A stretch of 64,000 nucleotides of DNA. It comes from Gammaproteobacteria bacterium. Lineage in GTDB: Bacteria > Pseudomonadota > Gammaproteobacteria > CBDBNL01 > JAAOII01. Each line of letters starts with the position of its first letter. Position 1 is the first letter of the stretch. Positions 22,164 through 30,916 of the stretch are shown here, in pieces. The position numbers and the translations under genes were made by a program. The stretch lies in assembly GCA_965209035.1 (NCBI GenBank), contig OZ242372.1:224001-288000 (forward strand), given 5' to 3'. A model generated the notes under the pieces. The model was given only the letters and a program-made list of their open reading frames with translations, was not told where the DNA came from and did no database searches.

Positions 22164-23218
22164 GCCATATCTTGTTAACCGGCGGTCTCGGTTTTATCGG
22201 CTCGCACATCGCAATTTCTCTGTTGGAAGCCGGCCACGAGGTTACTATTCTGGATAACCTGCACAACAGTGATCGGTCCGTTCTTAAAAGCATCGCACAG
22301 ATCACCGGCAAGGAGCCGACATTTACGGAAGGAGACATCACCGATATCGCCGGAATGTGCAAAGTATTGTCCGACAGTTCCCGGCCGACAGATGCGGTGA
22401 TTCACCTGGCCGCTTTGAAATCGGTTGCCGATTCGGTTGCAATGCCTGTGGAATATTACAAAACAAACATAGGCGGTCTGTTGGAACTCATGCGTGCCAT
22501 GCGGGAAGTTAACTGCCATAATCTTATTTTCAGTTCTTCCGCCACAATTTACGGCGAAGCAACTCAGTTACCCATCACCGAAGCAGCGCGTATTTGCCCG
22601 ACCAATCCCTATGGGACATCCAAAGCGACCTGCGAGTTCATCCTAAAAAATACGGCGGACAACGAACCCGAATGGAATATCGTCAGTTTGCGTTACTTTA
22701 ACCCAGCCGGTTGCCATCCGAGTGCTCTCCTGGGTGAAAAAATTGACGGCGGTTCGCAGAATCTTTTTGTTGCCATCATGCGGCATTACCTCCTGTCAAA
22801 CTACCAACTCAAGGTATTCGGCACAAACTATGATACAAAAGACGGAACCTGTATTCGCGATTATGTGCATATCACCGACTTGGCACGCGCGCATCTCTTG
22901 GCGACGGAAAAAGTCATCTCCGGTCCGGTCTCATCCTCCTCCCCCCCCGACCCATCCCCCCAAAAAAACTGCCTCGCAATCAATCTGGGCAGTGGCACAG
23001 GCTATACCGTATTGGAAGTATTGCAGACTTTTGAGAAGATCACCGGAAAATCTCTGTCTTATGAGGTCGCCGACCCCAGAGCGGGCGATGTTCCCGCCGG
23101 CTACACCTCGGTGGAACTTGCCGGGTCTCTTTTAAATTGGAAACCGGAGGAAAACTTGGAAACCATTTGCCGGGATACTTTGAGATACATCCGACGCCAA
23201 CAAACGGACACCAAATAG
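22160..23218 (+). CDS. galE: UDP-glucose 4-epimerase
   Basis: TGGLGFIGSH, FSSSATIYG, NPYGTSK, LRYFNPAG, DGTCIRDYVH. Confidence 0.95.
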   Translation: MSHILLTGGLGFIGSHIAISLLEAGHEVTILDNLHNSDRSVLKSIAQITGKEPTFTEGDITDIAGMCKVLSDSSRPTDAVIHLAALKSVADSVAMPVEYYKTNIGGLLELMRAMREVNCHNLIFSSSATIYGEATQLPITEAARICPTNPYGTSKATCEFILKNTADNEPEWNIVSLRYFNPAGCHPSALLGEKIDGGSQNLFVAIMRHYLLSNYQLKVFGTNYDTKDGTCIRDYVHITDLARAHLLATEKVISGPVSSSSPPDPSPQKNCLAINLGSGTGYTVLEVLQTFEKITGKSLSYEVADPRAGDVPAGYTSVELAGSLLNWKPEENLETICRDTLRYIRRQQTDTK

Positions 23219-23228
23219 GAATGACCGC

Positions 23229-23588
23229 TTAGGCGGTATTGGTATTATTGAGTAACCAGCCCAAGTAATTTCTTTCGCAATCCGCAGCGGCAAGAGTTAT
23301 TATTTCGGGCAGCTCGTATGAGTGCAGTTCTTTAATTCTTGTCATCAATTTCTCGGTTAATTCCCCCCGAGTTTTAATCAGTAACATCTGTTCCTCTTCG
23401 GCATGTGTCTTTTCTTGCCACCTATATACCGAAAAAACAGGCAAGATACTAACACACGCGGCCAACCGCTCGTCGACAACCAGGCGGGCAATTCTTTCGG
23501 CCTCGGACTTGTCACCGCAAGATGTCATCACAATATGCAAGGAATCTTTTTGCATAAAAACAAGTTCAGACCGGGTTCGGAATATCAA
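23229..23588 (-). CDS. cutA: Divalent-cation tolerance protein CutA
   Basis: RLAACVSI, SVYRWQ, LIKT, HSYELPEII. Confidence 0.92.
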   Translation of the reverse strand: MIFRTRSELVFMQKDSLHIVMTSCGDKSEAERIARLVVDERLAACVSILPVFSVYRWQEKTHAEEEQMLLIKTRGELTEKLMTRIKELHSYELPEIITLAAADCERNYLGWLLNNTNTA

Positions 23589-24339
23589 TAAACTCGTGCC
23601 TCAGGGAAAATTTTTCGGCAATCCTGTTTCCCAGAGACAAGGGACCGCCGCGCTCACTCGCATGATGACCGATTGCATAATAATCCAAACGATTCTCTGT
23701 GGCAAAATGAAAGGTCTGTTCCGAAATCTCTCCGCTGATATAGGCATCCGCTCCCAGTTGGTGTGCCGTTTCTATCATTTGCTGTGCCGCCCCGCTGCAC
23801 CAAGCAACGACACGAATCGCCTTTTTGCCGCCGGATATATGCTGCGGCTTTCGCCCCAGTTTCTCTTCCAACAAAGCGCTTAATCCGGCCGGTGTCATCT
23901 CACCGGCAAAACGACCGATCCCGCCTAGGGCGTCATCTGTCAAAGTACCTGTCAAAGTGTCTTTCAAAGTGCCTTCCTGTTTAATACCCAAAAGTTCCCT
24001 CAGATAGGCATTATTACCGACCACAGAATGAATATCCAACGGCAAATGATAAGCCAGAAGATTCATCCGATGCTCCAACAAAAGTGCCAGACGGCGTCTT
24101 TTCATCCCGACAATCCGCGGGGATTCGTTCCGCCAAAAGTAACCGTGATGCACCAACAACGCATCCGCCTCGCGTGCAATTGCGGCGCGTATCAAAGATT
24201 CGCAAGCGGTAACACCGCTAACCAAAACGCGGACATCCTCTTTTCCCTCCACCTGCAATCCGTTCGGACAGTAATCTTGGATCTGAGAAACCGCCAGATA
24301 CCGGTCCGCATAGGCAACAATGTCTTTAATACTTGCCAT
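23566..24339 (-). CDS. Nif3-like dinuclear metal center protein (YbgI)
   Basis: DYCPNGLQVEG, LLVHHGYFW, YHLPLDIH, GHHASE; start MASIKDIV. Confidence 0.93.
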   Translation of the reverse strand: MASIKDIVAYADRYLAVSQIQDYCPNGLQVEGKEDVRVLVSGVTACESLIRAAIAREADALLVHHGYFWRNESPRIVGMKRRRLALLLEHRMNLLAYHLPLDIHSVVGNNAYLRELLGIKQEGTLKDTLTGTLTDDALGGIGRFAGEMTPAGLSALLEEKLGRKPQHISGGKKAIRVVAWCSGAAQQMIETAHQLGADAYISGEISEQTFHFATENRLDYYAIGHHASERGGPLSLGNRIAEKFSLRHEFIDIPNPV

Positions 24340-24340
24340 C

Positions 24341-25375
24341 TCAAAGACTGTCCAAATAGTGCTTCGCATCCAAAGCGGCCATGCACCCCATTCCCGCCGA
24401 AGTAATTGCCTGACGATAATGTGAGTCCGCCAGATCTCCGGCCGCAAAAATTCCGGGACGGGAAGTCGCCGTCTGATTGGCGCCTTGTCCGCCGCGCACC
24501 CGAACATATCCTTCTTTGCTGAGTTGCACATGCTCGCCGAGAAAGCCCGTATTTGGCGTATGCCCTATGGCAATAAACAGACCGTCCAGTTCTAGCAAGG
24601 TCTCGCGGCAGTCCAAACTGCCCGAACTGCCCGAACTGCCCGAACTGCCCGCCGAACTACCCGAATGCTCTTGCGTATCCGCGAGCATTGCACCCGTTAG
24701 CCCGTTTGCATCACCCGCATAACGCACCACTTTTTTATTCCAACAAAATTGTACTTTATTTTTATCCGCCATAGCGAACAGCTTTTTTTGCAAAATAGCA
24801 TCGGCACGCAAAGCATCGCGGCGATGCACCAAAAAAACGGTATCCGCCAAGCCAGCCAGAAACAAGGCTTCTTCGGCGGCCGTATTCCCCCCGCCAACAA
24901 CGCCGACCTTTTTACCCCGATAAAAAAAGCCATCGCAAGTGGCGCAAGTGCTCAGCCCCCTGCCGATGTACTGTCCTTCATCGGCAAGGCCTAACATCTT
25001 GGCGGAGGCACCGCTGGCAAGAATCACCGCATCGCCCTCATAGTCCGCGTTTTCACCGCGGACAACAAAAGGAGGCTCCGCGGAAACAAACTCCCGGACA
25101 GTGTCCGCGTGCAGACGGCAGCCCAAATCCAAACCCAAATCCAAGCCCAAATCTAAGCCCAAATCCAAACAGTGCTTTTTGATGTTCTCCATCAAAACGG
25201 GCCCCGCAATACCCGGACTCCCCGGCCAGTTATCCACATCCGTAGTAATCGTTAACTGCCCGCCCGGTTGCATGCCGGCGATGATCTCCGTTTGCAAACC
25301 CGCCCGTATGCCGTAAATGGCCGCCGTCCAACCGGCCGGACCGGAGCCAATGATCAGCAATCTGTTGCCCTGCAT
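24341..25375 (-). CDS. trxB: Thioredoxin reductase with two repeat-derived insertions
   Basis: IIGSGPAG, CATCDG, GGGNTA, GHTPN, YRQAITSAG. Confidence 0.96.
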   Translation of the reverse strand: MQGNRLLIIGSGPAGWTAAIYGIRAGLQTEIIAGMQPGGQLTITTDVDNWPGSPGIAGPVLMENIKKHCLDLGLDLGLDLGLDLGCRLHADTVREFVSAEPPFVVRGENADYEGDAVILASGASAKMLGLADEGQYIGRGLSTCATCDGFFYRGKKVGVVGGGNTAAEEALFLAGLADTVFLVHRRDALRADAILQKKLFAMADKNKVQFCWNKKVVRYAGDANGLTGAMLADTQEHSGSSAGSSGSSGSSGSLDCRETLLELDGLFIAIGHTPNTGFLGEHVQLSKEGYVRVRGGQGANQTATSRPGIFAAGDLADSHYRQAITSAGMGCMAALDAKHYLDSL

Positions 25376-25417
25376 TTCCCGTAATCTCCCGCGCGGTTTA
25401 CCTGAAGTTACTCGGGT

Positions 25418-25861
25418 TTACCAGACGCCTGTGTTCGGCATGGACTGCCAAGGTTCCGCCGGCGCCAACGACTCCCCTTCTTGCAGCAACTCAACGGAAA
25501 TACCGTCCGGGCTGCGAACAAATGCCATATGGCCGTCGCGCGGCGGGCGATTAATCGTCACACCGGCGGCTCGTAATTTTGCACAAACAGCATAAATGTC
25601 TTTGACCCTGTATGCCAAATGTCCAAAGTTACGGCCGCCCGTATATTCTTCGTCACTGCCCCAGTTATGCGTGAGTTCCAAAACCGGGACATTCGTTTCC
25701 CGGGCACTTTCCGCATCCCCTGCCGCGGCAAGAAACACCAGAGTGAACTTACCCTGTTCGTTATCTGTGCGCCGCACTTCTTGCATACCCAACAGATCGC
25801 AAAAAAAGGCGAGAGATGCCTTTAGATCCTTAACGCGGATCATCGTATGTAAATATTTCAT
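25418..25861 (-). CDS. gloA: Lactoylglutathione lyase (glyoxalase I)
   Basis: [35 protein letters not shown]. Confidence 0.92.
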   Translation of the reverse strand: MKYLHTMIRVKDLKASLAFFCDLLGMQEVRRTDNEQGKFTLVFLAAAGDAESARETNVPVLELTHNWGSDEEYTGGRNFGHLAYRVKDIYAVCAKLRAAGVTINRPPRDGHMAFVRSPDGISVELLQEGESLAPAEPWQSMPNTGVW

Positions 25862-25984
25862 TTCATTTCATTTCATTAAATGATTAATTAGTTAATAAAT
25901 TATCCTTTTATTTTACTCCACTACTTCACTACCCCACTACCCCACTACTCCATTACTCCACTACTCTACTACTTCACTACCCCA

Positions 25985-26920
25985 CTACTCCGTTACCTCA
26001 TAACTCCCGCTTGAAAGCAAAGCCGGATTTTCATCCGCCGACCATATATGCACATAATAAATTCCCGGCTCGGGCTGTTTGGACGAAAACCAAACATAAT
26101 TCGAGTTTGTCCGTTTGTTAATAGGATAATTACCAAACAGGTAGTTACGCAAAGGACTGGCACGACACCAACGCACCAACACACTCGCATGCGGGTAGCC
26201 AGCCGGAAGATCAAAATGCGCGTAAACTCTGCCCGCCGCCCGGGAAACAGAATGAACGGATGCCGCAAGGCTGCGATTGCCTGCGGTGTTTGTAAACAAC
26301 ATCTCGGCAGCCGACGACACAAGAGACGGAGACGCGCAATCCTCCAACGCGAACCCCGCCAATACCTTCCCAAACGCATGCGGATCCTCCATTTCCCAAA
26401 GTTGCTCTTCGTCCATACCGCTAAACCCGGCAATTAATGGCAACAACTCGGCGGGAGACATCCATTCCACTATCAACTCCAAGGCTTCGCGATACACCCC
26501 CTGCTTCACGCTATCAAGAATTGACTTCTCATCCGCCGGGTTTGATCTTCTTGAAGACCCGGCACTATTGGGGATTTGCCTTGCCTGTGGTTGCTCCGAA
26601 GGCCCTGAAGCCGGCGATTCATCCGTGGAATATTGACCGGGTTCTTCCAAAGTATCCCGCCCACCCGTGTTTACCGTCGGCGGCCGGATGACTGTTTCCC
26701 CGATTGTTGACGACGAGCCGGCGAACTTCCAATAAGCGATTCCGTATCCCCCAAAAAAACAAACAAGCCCGGTCAAAATCCAAAGCCGGGCCCCAAGCCG
26801 GAAATGGCCTCCCCCCAACTTCAAAATATTTGTCTGTTGGCGGCAATCCGTTTCATATTCGGCAAGAAGTGTAACAAAAGCAGCAGTACCACAAGCCCCC
26901 ACAGGGAACCAACCAACCAA
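25985..26920 (-). CDS. Hypothetical single-pass membrane protein (start uncertain, probably near 26820)
   Basis: Long ORF with one TM segment, a Pro/Ser linker and an Ig-like C-terminal part; co-oriented with neighbours. Confidence 0.5.
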   Translation of the reverse strand: MVGWFPVGACGTAAFVTLLAEYETDCRQQTNILKLGGGHFRLGARLWILTGLVCFFGGYGIAYWKFAGSSSTIGETVIRPPTVNTGGRDTLEEPGQYSTDESPASGPSEQPQARQIPNSAGSSRRSNPADEKSILDSVKQGVYREALELIVEWMSPAELLPLIAGFSGMDEEQLWEMEDPHAFGKVLAGFALEDCASPSLVSSAAEMLFTNTAGNRSLAASVHSVSRAAGRVYAHFDLPAGYPHASVLVRWCRASPLRNYLFGNYPINKRTNSNYVWFSSKQPEPGIYYVHIWSADENPALLSSGSYEVTE

Positions 26921-27426
26921 CCCGCCAACAGATCACCCGGATAATGAACCCCCAGGTAAACCCGACTCAAACTATAAAAAAACAAGGCAAACAACAAGAA
27001 CAGCCGCAACAGCCGGGTGGGAACAAACGGAACGATGAATACCAACGCAGAGGCGGAGTTGGCCGCATGCGCGGAAACAAAACCATAGGTGCCGCCGCGA
27101 TAATCGCGGACAAGATGTAACAATGACGACAACGCGGGATCATGACTCGGACGCAGTCTCTTAACCGCGGGCTTGAGGATGTCCGAGGCAATGAACTCGC
27201 TGCCCGCCAAAACCACCAACAAAAAGACAACAAAAATGAAATAGTCTGTCATCTTCATCCGTCTGCCGAAAAAGAAATACAACGACAAACCCGCGAACAA
27301 CACAATCGGCGTAATCTCCGAAGTGAAGCAAAAAAAGAAGCCATCCGCAATCGGATGATGCTGGCTGTTTATAAAAAGTAAAAGTTCGCGATCCCAGCCG
27401 ACCAACAAAGCGGACACTCTTTCCAC
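26821..27426 (-). CDS. PAP2-family membrane phosphatase
   Basis: K-x6-RP (KPAVKRLRP), SAHA, SRVYLGVHYPGD. Confidence 0.92.
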   Translation of the reverse strand: MERVSALLVGWDRELLLFINSQHHPIADGFFFCFTSEITPIVLFAGLSLYFFFGRRMKMTDYFIFVVFLLVVLAGSEFIASDILKPAVKRLRPSHDPALSSLLHLVRDYRGGTYGFVSAHAANSASALVFIVPFVPTRLLRLFLLFALFFYSLSRVYLGVHYPGDLLAGWLVGSLWGLVVLLLLLHFLPNMKRIAANRQIF

Positions 27427-27431
27427 CGTGC

Positions 27432-29534
27432 TCAGGAAATGCCCATAGTCTTTAGAAAACTTTCCGGCGAGGGGTCCCTGCCAAGAACATGCCTGAAATT
27501 CTGCCGGGCATCGCCCAGGCCGCCGCGTTCAAATATATGGCGTCTTAGTTTGCGTGCCAATGGTTGGTCATAAATACCCGCTTTTTCAAAGCCGCCGTAG
27601 ATATCCGCGGACATCACCTCCGCCCACTTATACGCATAATAACCCGCCGCATAGCCGCCGGCAAAAATGTGAGCAAACGCATTTGGGAAACGCACAAAAT
27701 CGGCTTGCGGCAGCGGATTAAATTTGCGACTGATCTCCCGATGGATCTCCAACACAACATTCGTTTGCGTTCGCAATGTCGCCTCGTCCGGTTCGGTATG
27801 AATGCGCATATCAAAAAGTGCAAACTCTAACTGACGCATCAGGGCAAGACCGCTTTGAAAACTGCGGGAAGCGACCAGCCCTTTTAACTTGGAAGCCGGC
27901 AAGGAAGCCTGACTCTTGTGATGGGCGGAAATCGTTTTGATAAAACTTTCGTTCCAACACCAGTTCTCCATTAATTGGCTCGGCAATTCCACCATATCGT
28001 GCGGAACACCTTCAATACCGCTAACGGCGCGACATTCCACCCGGGTTAAAAGATGATGCAAACAGTGCCCCAATTCGTGAAACAAGGTCAGAACCTCACC
28101 GTGCTCCAAAAGAGAAGACCGCGCGGAAGACCCCGCGGGCGGGCGGAAATTACAGACCAAATAGGCAACAGGCAGTTGAATACTGCCGTCGGTCAGTCTT
28201 CTTCTGGAACGATTCTCATTCATCCAAGCGCCGCTCCGCTTATGCGGGCGGGCATACAGATCGCAATAAAGATAACCCAGTTTTTCGCGACCGCGCCACA
28301 TGGCAAACAAACGCACTGCCGGATGCCAGGTTTCAAAATTTTTCTCTTCGGTAAACCGGACATCAAAAAGTTGTTGTGTCAGGGCAAACATTCCGCCGAG
28401 GACTTTCGGCAAGGGAAAATAAGCCCGCAGTTCTTCGGTGTTAATGGAAAACTGCTCGTTGCGCAATTTTTCGGCATAAAACGCCGTGTCCCAAGGCTGT
28501 AACTTCGGGCAGCCGCAGCCGCGGGAAAACTCCGCAAGCGCCTTTGCTTCCTCCCGTGCCTTTGGCAGGGCCCTGTCGGCAAGATCATTGATAAAGTTGA
28601 TAATCACAGCCGGGTCGCGCATCATATTCGTCGCCATCAACATCTCAGCCGGCCTCTTAAAGCCCAACAAATTGGCTTTTTGCAACCGGCAGAGAAGGAT
28701 ATCCGACAGGATGCGCGTATTATTGTATTTTTTCGGATGCTCCCCCAATTCGGATGCGCGCGTAACAAAGGCACGATAGATTTTTTGCCTCAATGTGCCG
28801 GACTCTGCCATTTGGATGCAACTTCTGTAGCAGGGTTCTTCCAAATTAATCACATAGCCGGTCTTGTTTTGACGGCGCGCATTGTCCCGCAACTGTTGCA
28901 GCATCGCTTCGGGCATACCGGACGGAGCATCCTTCTCCGCAAGGCGATAGGACCATGCCATGGTGGCATCCAGCAAGTTTTCAGAAAAGCGATTACTCAG
29001 GGTTGCCAGACGCTCGGTTAATTTTTTATACTTTCTTTTTTCCCGGACCGGCAACTCCGCGCCCAAAAGACGGGAATTAAGCAGGTAATGATCCAGCGCA
29101 TTGCTCTGTGCTTCCGTCAAGTGCGTACTTCCGCGCAGATCCTTGGCTAATGCATAAAGGTCCGCATTCTGCATTAAATCCGTCCCGTAAGCAACAACTT
29201 GAGGCAGTGCCTCCTTGTAAGTTTCTCTGAGTGCGGGAGTTTCACACACAGACTTCAGATGTGCCACAGGCGAAAACAGATCTTCCATCAGATGCTCGTC
29301 CCAGTCATCCAACAGTTGAAAACTGTTATCCCAATTCAAATTGAAATTAGAATTGGCGGGTGCTTTTTTGTATCGGTCTATTAATTTTTCAATTTTTTGC
29401 GTGTTTTGCAAAATGGCTTTTTTAATTTTTTGTTTTATTTTTTGTTTTGCCTTTTGTGCCGAAGTTTTCGACGACATCCCCCCGAAGTTCTTAAAGTTCG
29501 TAAGCCGAACGACCGTTTCTTGATTATCTTTCAT
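27432..29534 (-). CDS. prlC: Oligopeptidase A (M3 family)
   Basis: TLFHELGHCLHH (HExxH), VELPSQLMENW, HIFAGGYAAGYYAYKWAEV. Confidence 0.94.
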   Translation of the reverse strand: MKDNQETVVRLTNFKNFGGMSSKTSAQKAKQKIKQKIKKAILQNTQKIEKLIDRYKKAPANSNFNLNWDNSFQLLDDWDEHLMEDLFSPVAHLKSVCETPALRETYKEALPQVVAYGTDLMQNADLYALAKDLRGSTHLTEAQSNALDHYLLNSRLLGAELPVREKRKYKKLTERLATLSNRFSENLLDATMAWSYRLAEKDAPSGMPEAMLQQLRDNARRQNKTGYVINLEEPCYRSCIQMAESGTLRQKIYRAFVTRASELGEHPKKYNNTRILSDILLCRLQKANLLGFKRPAEMLMATNMMRDPAVIINFINDLADRALPKAREEAKALAEFSRGCGCPKLQPWDTAFYAEKLRNEQFSINTEELRAYFPLPKVLGGMFALTQQLFDVRFTEEKNFETWHPAVRLFAMWRGREKLGYLYCDLYARPHKRSGAWMNENRSRRRLTDGSIQLPVAYLVCNFRPPAGSSARSSLLEHGEVLTLFHELGHCLHHLLTRVECRAVSGIEGVPHDMVELPSQLMENWCWNESFIKTISAHHKSQASLPASKLKGLVASRSFQSGLALMRQLEFALFDMRIHTEPDEATLRTQTNVVLEIHREISRKFNPLPQADFVRFPNAFAHIFAGGYAAGYYAYKWAEVMSADIYGGFEKAGIYDQPLARKLRRHIFERGGLGDARQNFRHVLGRDPSPESFLKTMGIS

Positions 29535-29539
29535 CTGTT

Positions 29540-30370
29540 TTATCCGCGGGAAACGGCGGTCGGGTTTTGCGACTTATTAATGGAAGGATTAACTTCTATG
29601 TTTTTACTATAAATGCCGGCAAACTCCTTTGTGACCGCATCAATATACTTGCGCGCCTCTTCGGCATCCTTTTTTGCCGGCGGCAATACCGGCGGCAAAA
29701 CCTCCACTGTAACCTCGTTCGGATGAACACGCAAACTGCCCGGTTTATGACAAGCATAAAGACCGTGCATCAACACAGGTAAGATAGGCAATTGCAGTTG
29801 GTAAGCAAGATAAAAAGCCCCCTGTCGGAAACTGTTCATATCTCCGTCCCAAGACCTGCGACCTTCGGGGAAGATCACCACAGGCCCCGTCTCTTTGTTC
29901 TTTATCAAGTTCTTGAGATAGTTATGCAGTCTTTTGAGAGCAAAAAGATGCGCGTTTTGAACACCTATCCAACCCAACGCATCAAACAACTTGCAAGACA
30001 ATCCGCCAATCAACGGTACGGAAGCAAACACATCGGTACTGTAAACATAACGCATATCACCGGTATTCAAGGCAGCCATCTGCACCGGAACATCCAACGA
30101 AGTGATATGATTGGCAACCAGGATGTAGGTTGTGCCTTTTAACTTCTCAAAATTTTCCAGACCGGCGGCTTTGGTTTTGATGCCGGCACATTGCAACGAT
30201 ATCTTGGCAACACGCAACACCAGACGCGATGCCAGGTATTCCCTGTGTTTTTCCGAACGGCGCAGAAAGGGTATCATAGGAAACAAAATGAGCGGTGTGC
30301 CCACATACACAAAGAGGTGGTAACAAACACCGTGAATTAGGCTGCGGATATCATTAAAAAAGTGAGGCAT
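29540..30370 (-). CDS. plsC: 1-acyl-sn-glycerol-3-phosphate acyltransferase
   Basis: ANHITSLD (NHx4D), IFPEGRRS, GAF motifs. Confidence 0.88.
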   Translation of the reverse strand: MPHFFNDIRSLIHGVCYHLFVYVGTPLILFPMIPFLRRSEKHREYLASRLVLRVAKISLQCAGIKTKAAGLENFEKLKGTTYILVANHITSLDVPVQMAALNTGDMRYVYSTDVFASVPLIGGLSCKLFDALGWIGVQNAHLFALKRLHNYLKNLIKNKETGPVVIFPEGRRSWDGDMNSFRQGAFYLAYQLQLPILPVLMHGLYACHKPGSLRVHPNEVTVEVLPPVLPPAKKDAEEARKYIDAVTKEFAGIYSKNIEVNPSINKSQNPTAVSRG

Positions 30371-30392
30371 TTGTCAGTAATTTTTTTCTATT

Positions 30393-30424
30393 ATACAAAA
30401 TCTCCCGCCCGCCATTGACCGCAG
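30393..30424. repeat. 32-bp direct repeat, copy 1 (copy 2 at 35009-35040); overlaps the likely plsC promoter
   Basis: atacaaaatctcccgcccgccattgaccgcag vs atacaagatctcccgcccgtcattgaccgcag (2 mismatches); minus-strand TATAAT at the edge of copy 1. Confidence 0.8.
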
Positions 30425-30437
30425 GCAAGTCGTTTTT

Positions 30438-30602
30438 TTGAAATCTTTCGGGAATCTTTTGGGAATCTTTTAAAAATTTTGGGGAATCTTTTGAGAATCT
30501 CTTAAAAGTTTTTGGAAATCTTTTGGGAATCTTTTAAAAGTTTTTGGAAATCTTTTGGAAGTTTTTTAGAAATTGGAATTTGGAAATTGGAATTTGGAAA
30601 TT
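30438..30602. repeat. Degenerate low-complexity tandem repeats (gggaatctttt-like units, then ttggaa-like units)
   Basis: Repeated gaatcttttggg/aaaagtttttgg units and ttggaat/ttggaaa units. Confidence 0.8.
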
Positions 30603-30804
30603 AAAAGAACCTTCACTCACCCGGCAAAACATAAAAAATTCCAATCACTTAACTTCGGAAAGATTTTCTTATCTTATTCTTATCTTAGATGCTTAAAAAC
30701 TCTTGTATATGACTGTCCATCATCCGACGCAATCCTATCGGCAACTCGCGCAGGCTCGCATTAATTCGCATTAGTTCATATTTGAGGGAGGGATAGAAGC
30801 AGCC

Positions 30805-30833
30805 GGGAGCACCGGTTGGACGGCCGGGCTCCC
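30805..30833. terminator. GC-rich hairpin downstream of the surface lipoprotein gene
   Basis: gggagc-accgg...ccgg-gctccc imperfect inverted repeat. Confidence 0.4.
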
Positions 30834-30916
30834 ATTATTTTAATTGCTCAAATTGCCCAACCTGCTTAAATTGTTGTGGCAGGGAAAACACATCCAGCCC
30901 GTCCCCGCAGGCTGCC

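Noticed and set aside
25855-25990. Functional element in ttcat and ccactactc repeats upstream of gloA
   Set aside because: Simple low-complexity repeats; counted under the general tandem-duplication finding.
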